Origin: Camelus dromedarius
Taxonomy: Eukaryota
DNA length: 64,000 nucleotides
Assembly (NCBI RefSeq): GCF_036321535.1
Contig: NC_087436.1
Location: forward strand, 7,378,001-7,442,000
Direction: 5' to 3'
Under the pieces are notes generated by a model. It was not told where the DNA came from, searched no databases, and was given only the letters and a program-made list of their open reading frames with translations. Positions 48,009-61,999 of the stretch are shown here, in pieces. A program made the translations under genes and the position numbers. Within the stretch, counting starts at the first letter, position 1. Each line of letters starts with the position of its first letter.

Positions 48009-48782
48009 AAAGAGGAACTCCAAATTCTCCATAAAAACTGATTTTTCTGTTATAACAGCAACAACAGAAATAAAAATGCTTCTTTCCTTTTTCTTCTCCT
48101 GAAAGCAAAGAATCAGGAAAAGTTGAGAGAAAATGAATGGGTAGTGAACTCTCAGGACATTGAAACAGAGGTAGAAAGAAGATTGGGTGGTGATTGCCAC
48201 AATGGTTAGAACCTAAGGAGAAAATGTTAGTGAAATCCTGTTTGCAGGCAGGGCAGAAATGCCTAGATGTCGTTGAAAAACAGAGCGTAGCAGATTACAG
48301 CACAGTGGAAGTGAGGAAGAAGGGGTCAAAGAAAGGTAAGAAAGCAAGAAAAATTATGAGCTAAGTTTTCTGACAAAAAGAAAAATTAAAAAAAAATTGA
48401 AAGGGGAAGGACAGGGGAAGAGCGGATACATGCTTTTCTAACTTGGTTTGCCTGGGCTGAATGAGGTTCTGTTTATTATTACCACAGTTTTCCTAAGATT
48501 TAACGACTGACGACCCATTCTCTTCAAGAGGGCATCGTCATAAGCCTAGTTCCCCTCTGACTTGTCTCAAAACAGCTAATGAGAAACAGAAGCTCTGACT
48601 ATGAGGATAATGGAAGGAAAAGTATAATTAGTGAACTAAAAGGAGACAACGAAGAGTTTAGTGGGCATCAAATTAAAGCACCGTGGAACAGTGATAAGAA
48701 GGAAAAAGAACCTGATTGTATTTGTTTGGAATTTTAGAAGACAAACTTCGTTAAGAAACATCACCACAATAGAATTCTATAC

Positions 48783-49270
48783 TGTAACCGAGTCCAAGCT
48801 CATACTGCTAGCTGTATGACAGGCCAGTAAATTGGGAGACAAGGTGTTTGGAGCAAGGAAAGCAACTTTACTCAGAAAGCTAACCAACCAAGAAGATGGT
48901 GGACTAGTGTCCCAAAGAACCATCTTGCCTGAGTTAGAATCCATGCTTCCTTTATACAAAAGGGGAGGGAATAAAGTCAGATATTTCCTGGTTCCAGTCA
49001 GCCTCCAGAGGGTGTACGTTCATTTCTTCCTTCCCGCAGTCATTCTTGGGTCAGCCTGGTCAGTATGTTTCCTGTGAGCTAAACAATGTTATTTTAGCTT
49101 AACGCTCTTTACCTGGGAGGCAGGGTTCCCAGAGATGGGCCAATTTGAAGAATTTAAGCTATAGGTAACATCCCTTTAGTGATGAACGTATAGCAAAAGG
49201 AACAGAATACAAAGGTTAAAATATAAGAAACAGACCCAATATGGAGTCAGATTTGTCCTTCTCTGTTACA
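48783..49270 (-). mobile_element. ERV1-type solo LTR (488 bp, related subfamily)
   Basis: TGTAAC...GTTACA termini; perfect TSD ATAC (48779-82 / 49271-74); both ends resemble the 45558 LTR. Confidence 0.95.
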
Positions 49271-50334
49271 ATACCATTTGGGAAAATGGACAAGCATCAT
49301 ATTACAGGTTCTCTAAAAACAAATTTAAATTCAAACCATATGTTAAATGATAAAATTAAAATCAAAATTTGACCCAAATGGTTGGCTAAGTTACTGGGCA
49401 CTTTTCTTTATAAAACAGATTTGACGGTAACATGCCACTCCTTTTAGTTTGATGAGAAACACTTTCTGTAGATTGCCTGCACCTCCTGTGCGTCTCTGGG
49501 GTTACAGATCTGTTTCTTGTCCTCACTGCGATAAGGCTTTTCTGTTTCCCTCCAGAGTTGTCCCTCCAGAATTCACTCCAACTTGTTTTGAATACAATCA
49601 TCAGATTCTTCTCCATGTGGATGGAGCGTATCATCCCTGGCGGGAGGTTGAACCACTAATACCCATGTTGTACTTCAGGAAGATTAATTTGGCAGCTTTG
49701 TGGAGGATGGATTAGTGTCTGTGAGTTTTTACAACACTGGGAAGTTTTCACAGAAAATTCTTCATTCCAAGAGTTTGGTTTCTTGTTTGGGGGTCTGTTA
49801 TTTGGCCTCACTCCCTTACAGCCTTTAGAAAAAAAAAAAAACAAATCTGTACTTAGCTTTAGGCTGCCTTGATGCCTTGATTATTGCTGTGGTCCTTGGA
49901 CAAGCTGACATCCCAGAACAGAGCATCACTTCCCCTCCTCTCGGGCCCAGGTGGCAGTTAGCTGTTCTGACACCCATTGTAGAGACCACTCAGTATTCTG
50001 GACAGTCAGTGGCCTGAGCATGAGAGGGGAAGTGAGGGCGTGAGGAGCAGCAAGTAAGTACAGGAGGATGGATGACAGAAAATGGAAGAGAGGGTAAGAG
50101 AGAGAGGTGAAAGTATTAATTAACGGTCAGTTGTAACTATTGTTCATCGATGTATACAAATGTTCCTATTATGTGATCTTTTTTTTTTTTTTGACCTGCC
50201 TATAAAAATTCATTGCCTATAAAAATTCTGTCTTCATTTTTTTTTCAAAAAAGCTTAAAAAATATTTTCTTAACTGTGTAAGGCTTGCCCAAAGCATTTT
50301 TAGTGTATTTTAAAACCTTTTTTTTTAAATGTAA

Positions 50335-50700
50335 AAATGTAACACCTTCCTTTTGCTCTAGGGCCACAGTGTCCTCCTGCTTCTATTACAGCAGCATTTG
50401 ATCAGTTAATTCTTCTTCAGATCTTCGTCCAGATCTCAGCTCAAGCAACCTCAGAGAAGCCTTCTCTGGGCACTCAATTAGGACCCATCTCACTGTAGAC
50501 AAATCTTCCTCCCTGGCTTCTGCACAGGTGTTATTGGACAATTTACAGATAGTTCTCATTAATATTCATCTTTTTCACCACACCGTGAACTCCAAGAGGG
50601 CAGGGATTCTATTTTTTTTTTTTTAAATCACAGTTTTATCCCCTGCATCCAGCAAGTGCCTGGCATACACTGGATTTTCAATGACTGTTTAATGAAATAA
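50335..50700 (+). mobile_element. L2 3' end
   Basis: 'tctcagctcaagcaacctcagagaagccttctctg', 'gtgaactccaagagggcaggga', 'gtgcctggcatac'. Confidence 0.8.
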
Positions 50701-51996
50701 GGAAATTTATGATTAGTTTGCCAGACCACTGAAGGACATCAGATAAAATCTATTAGCTGAATTTCAGCAAAAACTTTTGAAAGATAGGTGAGATGGAAAA
50801 GTATCATGATTTACTATAATAACGTATTTCTTCCACTTGTGGATTTTGAGTTGTTTTTTTCAGCTATGCATGCTAACAAACCTGGAATGAAAACAAACTG
50901 GATTTACAGTCAGAACTGCTGAATCATAAAATACTAAACCAAATTTTCTGAAAGGATGAAACATTTTCAATCCTATTTCTGTCACTAAAAACTTTCATGA
51001 ATAGTCAATGTATATTGTTAAATAAATAATTATTTTTAAAACACAGTTTGTTTTATATTTATTCTTATTCTTCTATATTTTCTTTCTTATGTATATATAT
51101 TTTAAAATACATGTAACATGTTAAACACTAGTCCATGTGTGTGTAAGAGTCACGTTCATAAAGCAACTATTTCCTGCCCAGTCTTTCCTTGAATCTGCTC
51201 CGTGGGCTTCAACTTTCTCTCTCCTGGATGGAACTTCAGACAGATCCTGTAGTTTTCTGATAGCCTTTATATAATAGAAACTTCTCTGATCAGTTCTAAG
51301 CTCAACAGATACTGACTTCAGTAATTAAAACATCCAGTCCAAGGTCAATAAAGGACACTCTGGACTTCTTTTGAACTTAGATTCTCCCCCTCCCATTTCA
51401 GGGCAGTTCCAGCTGGAAACCCGAGAGGTCCTGTGTTGATCCCTTTCTCAGCAACCAGCCCTCCTCCAACTCAAAGTCTCCCCGGGTCTTTCGGGATTGG
51501 ACAGGAGACGGGAAGGTGGATGAGGAAAGAGGTGGAAATTAGGAAAGATCATACTCAGCTGCGACTGCTGTGTTCTGGCAGTATTGCTCTGGGCTGGTGG
51601 GCGCCCAAAGCAATTCTTTTTCTCTTGTGGTGCTTGTATGGGCTTCTCAGGGACTTCTGTTCTGTACCACCTGTGATGTGAACATGAGGTCTTCTGGCCT
51701 GTTTCTCCCTCAGACCCTAGCATCAGGCTGTCCACCATTTGTACTGAGGTCTCATTGCACCCGGCTGGTTCCCCTCCATGGATTCCACAATTCGGCCCTG
51801 GATAAACACGCTTCCTTGACTCAACCATTGCTGCAGCTCCCTTCCAGGGATGCCCTGACCACCCTGTTAATCGGCGACCAACTAGTCAGCTTCAGTCACT
51901 CGCCTGTACAATCCCAGGTGTGGGTCTGTGTCTGGCACTGGTATATGTACTCCACTAACTCCTGAGGACACAGGTCAAACTTGCCTTTTGATTCCC

Positions 51997-52927
51997 TTTT
52001 TTTAATTGTTTTTTAAAGAATTGTTGCAGTATAATTGATTTACAATATTATGTTATTTTCAGTGTACAGCATAGTGATTTGGTGTTTTTATAGATTATAC
52101 TCCATTCAAAATTATTATAAACCATTGTCTTTATTCCTATTTTATACATTACATCCTTGTAGCTTATTTGTTTTATATCTAATAGTTTGTAGTGTCTTAA
52201 TCACTGTCCCTTATTTGCCCCTCCCCCACCCCTCCCCAGTGGTAACTACTAGTTTGCGCTGTTATCTGCAAGTCTGTTTCTTTATATTCATTCATTTTTT
52301 AATTTCCATATGTAAGTGAAAACATACAGTGTTTGTCTTTCTCTGACTTATTCCACTAAGCACTACCCTCCAGGCCCATCCATGTTTTTGCAAATGGCAA
52401 ATTTTTATTTTTTCAGTTTCTCACACCACCTACAAAAATAAACTCAAAATGGATTAAAGACCTAAATGTAAGACTCGAAACCATAAAACTGCTAGAAGAA
52501 AACACAAGCAGTACACATTTTGAGATAAACCTTAGCAATTTTTTTTTTGACTCTTGTCTCATCAGGCAAGGGAAACAAAAGCAAAAATAAACAGTTGGGA
52601 CCTAATCAAACTTTAAAAGCTTTTGCACAGCAAAGGAAACACTCAACAAAACAAAAAGGCAACCTACTGAATGGGAGAAAATATTTGCAAAAGATATGAC
52701 TGATAAGGGGTTAATATCCAAAATATATAAAGAGCTCATTCAATTCAATATCAAAAAGAAAAAGAAAAAGAAAAAACCTGAACAACCCAACTTAAAAATG
52801 GGCAAAGGATCTGAATAGACATGTTTCCAGAAAAGATATACAGATGGCCAACAGACACAGGAAAAGATGCTCAACATCAGTAATCATCAGGGAAATGCAA
52901 ATCAAAACCGCGAGGAGACATCGCCTC
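51997..52927 (-). mobile_element. 5'-truncated L1 with 5' inversion and internal deletion
   Basis: 3' end on minus strand 51997-~52413, then ORF2 sequence on plus strand ~52416-52927 ('aactcaaaatggattaaagacctaaatgtaagac...gaaatgcaaatcaaaacc'); only a weak TSD (TTGAT...). Confidence 0.85.
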
Positions 52928-53586
52928 TTGATCCTCCTGAAGTCTCTTTTAGCCAACGTGTGGTTAAAGTAAGGGCTGGGAGAATGGTTTTTGATCACCT
53001 CCTTTAAAATTCTGCCCTTTTAGTCTAGACTTCACCTTGAAGTGATTGACCAGTACTGTTTTATACTTGGTCTTTGGGCCTTTAGTTTGAAACTGAGACT
53101 GAGTTTCATTTTACTCCCTGTGACAAATATAATAAATAAGTAAATACATATACAAGGCATGTTCAAACATTTTTATTGACATGAATATATAATTAAAGTG
53201 GTTAGCAGACCACTACTTTACCATATGATTTCACACTCATTTTCCATAGAACATTGTTGCAGGAGGTGTTCATGGTTGTGTTACAAAACAAACAAACAAA
53301 GAGGAAACAATGAAAAAGCACCCCCCGCCCCCCGCAACCAAACCTATGCAGAAATAAGTATTCTTTCTTATATACTGTATATTCTATTATTATCTCCTGG
53401 AAATCCACAATATCTATTAACAGTATAATAAAGGCTTTGAGAGCATCTATAATTTAAAAAAACTGTTTTATTGGGACACAGCATGTGTCCTAGGGGGAGA
53501 GGAATTCACTTTTCAGTTAAGTTAGCATATTTTCATATGCATAACTTGAACCTTTGTTCATGGCTCTCTTTAAACTTTCAAGCTTT

Positions 53587-53707
53587 TTTTGGGAGGGGGA
53601 GATAATTAGATTTATCTATTTATTTTAAGAGGAGGTACTGGGGTTTGAGCCCAGGAACTTGCATATGCTAAGCATACACTCTACCACTTGAGCTATACAT
53701 TCCCCCC
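53587..53707 (-). mobile_element. vic-1-type camelid SINE
   Basis: 'ggaggtactggggtttgagcccagg...ctctaccacttgagctatacattcccccc'; TSD TTAAACTT(T/C)CAA(G/C)CTTT at 53570-53586 / 53708-53724. Confidence 0.9.
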
Positions 53708-53724
53708 TTAAACTTCCAACCTTT

Positions 53725-54900
53725 AAACTGTTAAATCCAGGGATCAATTTTCAGTCTTTGTCTTGCTTGACCTATCAGTAATATTTACATAATCCAAGAG
53801 TCAACCCTTCTTTGACTCCTCACTTTAAACATTTCCGTTACTTAGTTTCCATTCTACCACGCCCTGGTGGATTTCCTCCCACCCGCTGAGACACATTCCC
53901 TCAGTCATTTTTCTGCCTCATCCTCATGCTTCCTGACCTCTCAGCACAAGCCATCTGTCCTTACATCTCTCCACGGGTCGTCTCATCTAGCATCATGTGT
54001 TTAGATGCCGTCCACGTGGTGCTGGCTTCCAAACTCCATTCACAGCCCCCTCCATGTTTCTTCTTGGAGAGTTAATAAAAAATTGAACTGACAACATGTA
54101 CAAACACAAACTCCTGGTCTTCCCTGGAAAACACACACACACACACAATTTCTAATTCCACTTTCTTCACTCTTCCATCCTTCCACTCCTTCTCTTATAT
54201 CTCACACCCTATCTTCAACCAAACTCATGTGCTTTTAAATTCCAAAAGATTTCAGAATCCAAGCACGTCTCTACTGTTATTTCCTGGTCTTGTCACTTTT
54301 GCCAGTGTGTGTTTTCAACAAGCCAGAATGATCCTTTGAAAAAGTAAAAAGCTGCTAGAATGATGCACAGGAAAAGCTAAAATAATGTTGTCATGATGTG
54401 GGGTGATGGATGTTTACTAAACTCACTGCAGTGATCATTTTGCTGTAAATACATACATCAAATCATTATGTGGTACACTTTAAACTCATGTTATGTGTCA
54501 GTTATACTTTAATAAACTGGAAGTTAAAAAAAAAGAACCTCACTTCTCTGCTCAAAGTTGCCCATTGGATCTCACTCAGGGTAAGGGCCCAAATGTTAAC
54601 AATGGTCCCCCACTCTAAGGGATGCCCCCCTCCCCTTCTTGACCTCACTCTTATACCCCTAGTTCAGTCTGCTTCAAATACACCGATTTCCTGGCTGAAA
54701 ATTGCTCTGGTCTCTGGGCGTTCACTCCTGCTCTTCCCGCAGATAACCTCATCACTTCCTTCCTTGCTTCTTCTAGACATTTGCTCAAGTGTCACTGCCT
54801 CAGTCAGATTCTCTTGATCACCTTATCTAAGATTCCGACACATCTCCCTTGCCGCTTTATTTTTCCCCATGATACCTTTCACCACGAAACTTTATTTACT
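53725..54900 (+). mobile_element. L2 fragment (probable 3' end resumes at ~57690-57845)
   Basis: 'tcaattttcagtctttgtcttgcttgacctatcagta', 'agccagaatgatcctttgaaaa', 'tgctcaagtgtcactgcctcag'. Confidence 0.75.
54350..54535 (+). mobile_element. L1MA-like 3' terminus inserted in L2
   Basis: 'ggtgatggatgtttactaaactcactgcagtgatcatttt...atcaaatcattatgtggtacactttaaac...aataaactggaagttaaaaaaaa'. Confidence 0.8.
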
Positions 54901-54961
54901 TAACTTCTATGCTATCATCCTTACTGGCTTTAATTTTTTTTTCAGGCAATTTTATGTAGTC

Positions 54962-55895
54962 ATTTATTTTTTCATTCCTTTGTTTATTTTCATTGAGGTA
55001 TAATTTATATCCAGTATAGTTCACCTACTTTAAGTGTTTGGTTGATGAATTTTAACAAATGTACACATTTTTATAACCGCCACAAGCAGGATAAAAAAAT
55101 TTCTGTTACCCAAAAATTCCTTTTGCAGTGAACTTCCTTTGCCCAACTCCTAGCTCCTAGCAACAACTGATCAGCTTTTGATCATTACAGTAGTTTTGTC
55201 TTTACTAGAATTTTATATAAAAGGAATAAAACATTTTGCTCGCTTTTTGTTTGGCTTCTTTCGCTCAGCATAATGATTTTGAGATTTGTCCATGTTTTTG
55301 AGTGTATCAGTATCTTTTTTTAATTGCTGAAAAGTATTTCATTCTATAGTTAATCTGCAATTTGTTTTTCTAGTCCCTTGGTGGACATTTGGGTGGTTTC
55401 CAGCTTGGGTCGTGGTGAAGAAAGCTGCCTGAACATTTCTGCATGAATCTTTGTGAGTGTTTCATTTTCTTGGGTAAATACTTGGTTTGGGATTACTGAG
55501 TGAGATGGTGAAAATGCTAATTTTACAAGAAACTTCCAAAATGTTTTCCAAGATGGGTAAATCATTTATCTTGTCTCCCAGTTGTCTCCCATTCTTGCCA
55601 ACATTAGTATTGTTGGTCTCTTAATTTCAGTCATTCTAGTGGATGTGTAATGATATCTCACTGTGGTTGGCATTTTCCTAATGGCTAATGAAATTAAGTG
55701 TCTTTTTTTAATGTGCTTTATTGCCATCTGTTATGTTTTTTTGCTGAATTGTATTTTAAATCTTTTGCCTATTATTTTTTTTTCTTAGTTTCCTTTTCTC
55801 ATTATTATATTTTGAGAGTTCTTATTCTGGATAGATGTCCTTTATCAGTAACTTGTTTGCAAATATTTTCTCCCAGTTTGTGGCTTGTCTTTTTA
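54962..55895 (-). mobile_element. L1MB/MC-like 3' region
   Basis: 'ttgaggtataatttatat', 'ggcttctttcgctcagcataatgattttgagatt', 'ggacatttgggtggtttccag', 'tttgcaaatattttctcccagtttgtggcttg'. Confidence 0.85.
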
Positions 55896-55899
55896 GCAA

Positions 55900-57670
55900 T
55901 ATATGATGATGCTTCTAAGTGTGACTTTTGGTATATTTCTTCTGCTTGATGTTTCCTGATTATATAAGAGTTATAGGTTCATAATTTTCATCAAATTTGT
56001 AAAATCTTTGATGCTTAGTTCTTCAAGTTTTTTTTTTTTTTCTGTCACCTTTCCATCTCTTTCCTCTCCTCCTGAATCTCCAATTACACATATGTGTTAA
56101 ACTGTTGGATATGGCTTCATAACTTTCCAAGGATATATTTTTTTCTCCTTAATCTTTTTGTCATATTATGTGTAAGTTTCCACACCTGCAGTATTTAATC
56201 TGACGTGAATCTTAACACGCATATTGTTCATATTGTTTTAGATATTATAGGGTTTTTCTTTTCTGCAGGTCCAATCATGATCTCTTAAATCTTCCATGTG
56301 TTTTCTTCTTATGCTCAGCTTCTCACATTCTTGAGAATAGTTGTAAGATTTATAATAACTGTTTTAAGTCTTTGTCCAGTAATTCCGTCATCACTATCAC
56401 TTCTGGATCTGCTTCTATTTTGGCTTGTGGGACATTTTCACCGATTTTTCGTGCTTGGTAATTTTGACTGGTGGGTCATTTCAGTAAACTTTCCATTTAA
56501 TTTTACAGTGAGTGTAGGATTTTCTTGTATTCATTTAAGAATTGGGGCTTTGATACAGCACACAGTGGATGAAAGACTTTAGGGCCTCCTGACCCCTGCC
56601 TCCTAGTGTCCATGGGCACTTGTATAATCCCCTCTGCGGAGTGCTTCTGACCGACAGGATGCAGTGAAGATATCAGAGGGTAGCTACCTGATTAGGTTAT
56701 GTTATATCCTGCACAGGTGATGGGGTATCACTCTTGTTAGGTTTCATGTGACTGCATCTTGTCAGACTGGAGCCAGGAACTTTCCTTGCAGGCTCTGTGA
56801 AGAAAGGGACAGCTGGTTGGCTTCTGTGGGAAGGAACTGTAGGTGTATCTTGGACCTGAGGGTGGCCTCCGGCTGACAAGGAACAAGAAAGGGCCCTCAG
56901 ACCTACAGCCCATAGTAAGTGGATTCTGCTAACACCCTGAGTGAGCTCGGAAGCAGTCCCCCCTGCCTCCCCAAGGTGAGCCTTGAGAGGACACTGCGGC
57001 CTGGCTGACATCTTGATTGCAGACTGATTTAAGCTGATGAATTTGTGTTGATTTTTACACAATGATGAAAAATGAATGCACCCCCAGTTAAGGTACTTTT
57101 GTATCAGTTTGAGCCTGGCTGGCTTTTATGTTTTTATGGTGTGTCCTGAACAGCCTTCACCCCAGGTAGACTTTATCCTCTATGAAGACGTGAGCCTCCT
57201 GAGGCCTCTCATGAATGCCCTGTGTATTAAAAATTCCCTCACTCTCCCCAGTGGGAACACAGATGACCCCAGACATGTGCACATTCAAGGAATTGTGTGG
57301 CCTTCTGCTGTCATCTGGGTACCCGGCCCAAGACTTAAGAAGAGCCCCCTGAAGTCATATACTCTCTCTCTGCACAGATCCCTCCCTGGGGGGAACTCTG
57401 CAAATTCTAGCATCTCCTGAGCAAGTTATCTGTCTTTTCAGTTCAGTAAACTGCCAAGCTGTGCCCTGGACCCTGCCTCCCAGCGGGAAGTTGGGGCAAT
57501 TCTTTCCGACTCAGCTTTTTGCTTCCCTTCCTTAGATTTCACAGTGTTGTGCTCTCTGAGGGCCAGGGTCTGGAAAGAATTTTTCCTGCTTTTTGTTGGT
57601 ATTGTCTCTTGTTTTTGGAGGAGGGCAGGTCCTGGAGCAGTTACTACTTAATGAGTTGAAGCAGAAGTCC
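55900..57670 (-). mobile_element. Old L1M 5'/ORF1-region fragments flanking an MLT1 insertion
   Basis: 'ttttcatcaaatttgtaaaat', 'ctccaattacacatatgtgttaaactg', 'ttcccttccttagatttcacagtgttgtgc'. Confidence 0.55.
56563..57079 (+). mobile_element. MaLR LTR (MLT1E-like)
   Basis: 'ttgtataatcccctc', 'ggccctcagacctacagccca...attctgctaacaccctgagtgagctcggaagcag', 'ctggctgacatcttgattgcag', end 'aaaaatgaatgca'. Confidence 0.8.
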
Positions 57671-58824
57671 AGGCACGCGTCAAGTTGTGGTCCATCACCC
57701 TTGGAATGAAAGCATCACGAGACTGAGAATTCACCTGCTCTGTTGAATGCTGGCCCCCTCATACCTGGAACAGTCTGTGAGCACAGTAGGTGCTCAATCA
57801 GTGTGTGGTTTTTTTTTTTTTTTTTTTTTTTTTTTTGAATGAAGGAGTTCACACAAACTACTCTTAGCGTCTGTGTGTTCGATTTATTTGTGGGTTTATG
57901 TGACTTTGGTTTCTCTTCTTATGTCACCCGGGGTATGTCACAGAGCCTTTTGATCGACTCCTTCTGATTTCTCTGAGTTAATTCCCAATGTATGTTTGTT
58001 CATTAGGTGAGCAATACATGTTGAAAACCTGGTATATACCAGGTGCCCTTTTAGGCACTGATTATGAATGCCCCTCAGTCCTTCGCTTTTCTCTGTCATT
58101 AACCTAATCTATTTATAGTCTTTTTTTCTCTTTTCTTAAGTCTTAAGAGCAGCATCTACAATTTTAAAAAACATAGTGGTCATTAGTGTCTTCTTGGCTT
58201 TAGGAGTAGATGAGTAAGTTGGAAGTACTTGTACCCTATTGGATAGTTGGCTTGTGGTGATGGATCGATACTTGACCTTGAGAAGATGAATAATTGGCAC
58301 CTCTACTTCTTCCCACACTTGGACGGTGTGTGATCACTGTGCTAAAGGAAAACAAAAATGCCCCAGAATGTTACTTCTCCAAAAATAGTCTACTGGAAGA
58401 CAGTGAATTAAAATGGTAAGCAGTGACTTTAGAAATGTCGTAATTTAATTTTTTTTGACTCTAAAGCATGCTTTCTCAATTCATGATTGCTTTACATATG
58501 CTACATACAATTTCTGCACAAGAAATTTGGTGGTTCAAGGTATAATGCAGTTTCTAGCTGTTCCTATATGGAAAGTACAATGGAAACCTACATTTTAGGA
58601 TTTTAAAAAAAATGGGCAAAGCCAAATTCCTGAAAAGATAAACACAGAATGATGTAGTTCAGTTTTATGCTCAATAAAATAAAATGTCCATCTTTTTTCT
58701 GTGGCTATAATAAATCTTAGCTTGCTAAAAACCATTTTTATTACTGTTTTCAGAGATTAGAAGCACGATAATACTAGAAATTTATTTCTATAATCTTACT
58801 TTTTTTTCCAAAACCTTTTTTATT

Positions 58825-58940
58825 CATCCACCAGACTGTTAGCTTCCTGAGGAAAGAAACTGGCATCCCTTTGTTTATTGATACGCCATCAGAACTGGCA
58901 CATTCTAGGGGCTCAATGATTTTTTGCTACATGAGTGAAC
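58825..58940 (+). mobile_element. L2 3' end
   Basis: 'ccaccagactgttagcttcctgaggaaagaaact...ctggcacattctaggggctcaatgat'. Confidence 0.7.
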
Positions 58941-59960
58941 TCTGGGTATTATAAGTCACATTACTGCTGGTTTGTTTACATAAGACAATTTCAGTGATCA
59001 TCCAGATTTTGCAAACTTACTTTACAAAAAGTTGTCTTGTGTCATCTGGCAGGCACACGTAAGTCGAAAGGTAACTCTAATTTAGAAGAATAGGACATTA
59101 TTTAGAAATCTAAATGATCATGTTAGTGGAAAAAATAACTTCTATTGGTTTAAACCAATGAGAACCTATTAGAATCGAAACATGTAATAAAGAAAAGGTA
59201 AATAAAGAATTGAAGTAGATGTGCTTAGAAGAAATTGTGCCAAAACATACAGTGTAGTTCTTCAGGAAAGCTGAAAACAACACAATTTGCCAGGGTGAAA
59301 GGAAATCAGAATTACTTTAACTTCTTTCTCCTGATCAGGCACAGGGAGAAGTTTATACATGAGGGAGGCTCTGGGTAAATATGGAGAGAGGAAAGAAGGA
59401 GAGATTTTAGGTTTAGATTCCTTCTTTCACAGGTCTTTTTTGAGGGGAAGTTGAGCAAGGGGAGAGTGTTTACATTTTTGGCTTTTGGAGGTTTGACTCT
59501 TGTCAACAGAGCAAATATTGCTACTCTAGACTGAAAGCAAGCCCTTCCCTCCCGTCTCCAGCAAGCCCCCATCTCCACAGGCTGCGCTCTGGTTTGCTGA
59601 GGACTCCCTGGGGAACGTGGTTTTATTAGCGTCACTTTAAGATGTACATCTGGCTTTTGTTTGGTACAGGCTACTCTGGGTGACCTAAAGCACCATGGAA
59701 ACATTACAGCGCAACGAAACATGCAGATAACTAGTTATCTTTTCCAGTTTCAAGATTTTCACTGGCCTTTGATTTATTCCCTTTGGCTAATTTTCTGAAG
59801 CATTTTGTAGGTTTTTTTTTTGTTTTTTGTTTTGTTATGGATGTTACCTCCTTTTGCTAGAATTTACCTGCAGATGTTGTCAGTTGGTGGATTTGGCTAC
59901 AATGAACCTTATGCCACCCTCCCTAGCAACTGTGTCTTCAAGTCTGCTGGTAGATATAAT

Positions 59961-60568
59961 TGTTACTGAACCAAACTTGGGTCTGCTCACCTGACATGCA
60001 GCAAAGCCCATCTATGGACATTGGGTTGTAGTGAACGAAGGTACAGTGTTTACTGCAGGCACCAAGCAAGGAGAATGGGCAGCTTATGATCAGAGGACTC
60101 AAACTCCCTGATGGCTTTCAGGGAAGGGTTTTTAAAGACAGTATGAGGGAAGGGGTCACAGTATGTGTGATCAGCTTGTGCACAATTCTGATTGGTTGTT
60201 GGCGAGGTAACAGGGCGATGGTTCCAGCCTGTCTGGGGTCCACATGCTGGTGGTCAGCATGCAGTTAACTTCTCCCACCTGGTGGGGGTTTCAGTATCTG
60301 CAAACAACTCAAGGATGTGGCTCAGGATATTATCTCTTGCCCTTGGGGAGGAACTAAGGGTCCTTGACTTTGTTTTATGGCTAGACTATTATTATTTTGC
60401 CTTGCCTGACTGCTTTCCTTTGTTTCTGCATTTTCTCACTTCTCTGATTAAATTTGCTCTTTGGAACTCAGAGAAGGCCTAGGAGGCTGAAAGTTTTCTA
60501 CAAATGACAGGTGGGAGATCTGGGGGTGTCTGTCCTTGGGAAGTCCCTGCAGGGCCTGCTCAGTTTTG
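59961..60568 (-). mobile_element. ERV1-type solo LTR (third subfamily)
   Basis: Starts 'tgttactgaaccaaacttgggtctgctc', ends 'ctgctcagttttg'; TSD TAAT (59957-60 / 60569-72). Confidence 0.85.
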
Positions 60569-61494
60569 TAATGAGACACTGCGCTAGCTTCCCACCCTTA
60601 AGGGAATTAAGAAAAGGGCAGATTTTTTTCATTTGCGTTTTTGCTTTGAGGAAGACTGAACTCAAACCTCACTCTCTTACAGTGCTGCCAAAGACAAAAT
60701 CTGGAAGAAAAACTAATCGGCCAAAATCAGGACTCTAAGTAAATGTACAACAACGTTTCTAATCTTTTGTTTTTAAAACTCTTACATCATGAATTTTATT
60801 ACTCCTCCTTGGATAACTTTCAAAAGTCAAAACTACTCTTGCATTAAATGTGTAAACATTTATAATGACTCAGGTGATTTCTGGAGAGGCCTCTCACCTG
60901 TGTGAATGTTTAGAAGAATAAAAAAAATGAAATAAATGTATATTTGCTATAGATTCAAGTTTTATCAAAGGAGCAGGAAACCACATTCATTCAAGCAGAC
61001 ATCAGCATGGTCTTTTAAAGGAAATCAAATATTGCTGTCTATTTATTGGTAAGTATGGTCTGCTGTGGTCTTGGAAATCAGCCATTAAACTCCATAAGTT
61101 ATAAAAGAGTAATGGCCTCCAAGAGACCAGTGGAGACTTCTGTTTTGAGAAGCAAAATAACAATATTGATTGAATGAAAAACAATCCCTTATCTTTCAGA
61201 TGAGATTTCAGGTAGTAAAAATAAAGTTGTTTTATAATATTTATAATATTAATCACATTACTGTATAAAGAAGTGAACAAAACAGGTCTGTACTTTGTCT
61301 CAATAGAAAGTGTACGAGATTGTGATGATCATAAAATATTTCTGTTACCTGACTTGTGAAATTGGTCTTTTCTACTTTTACGTTCACTTGCTCCCTCAAC
61401 TTTCTAGAGATTGTATCTTATATTTCCTGCTTTTATCATAGTGTCGTGGAAATTAGTATGTTGAGAATTTAAGTAATGAATAAATAATTTCTTT

Positions 61495-61621
61495 TTTTTA
61501 AATTTTATTGAGTTATAGTCAGTTTACAATGTTGTGTCAATTTCTGGTGTACAGCACAATTTCTCAGTCATACATGAATACACATATATTCATTTTCATA
61601 TTCTTTTTCTCCATGAGCTAG
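61495..61621 (-). mobile_element. Very short young L1 3' end
   Basis: Same subfamily as 19219; TSD TAATTTCTTT at 61485-61494 / 61622-61631. Confidence 0.9.
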
Positions 61622-61862
61622 TAATTTCTTTTCAACCATGTGATCAGTTGTATAACATTTTTATGCACACAATTAATTTTATATCTATGCCTTTGAAATT
61701 ATTTTCTTTTGATGTCTGTGATTGTCAAGGATGGAGCTTCAAAATTTCTATAACTCTTTAAAAAAATAATATGCTGTAGGAAACAGGGTGAAAGCCAATG
61801 AACAGATCTGTAAAAGGCAGATCATATTGCAGAGGTGAGTGTGCTTATCAGATCTGTTCTTT

Positions 61863-61999
61863 CAGGGTGAACAAGTGTAGAGACCGACAACCTGGTTTGC
61901 CTGGGATTTTGCTGGTTTTAGCATTGCAAGTCTTGGACCCCGGAAAGCCAAGCCTTCAGTCCGTGTAGTCAATACACAAAATGTAAGTAGGTCAGGCTG
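61863..61999. mobile_element. hAT-Blackjack MITE (MER81/MER94-like)
   Basis: 'cagggtgaaca' terminus and core 'cctggtttgcctgggattttgctggttttagcattgcaagtc'. Confidence 0.65.
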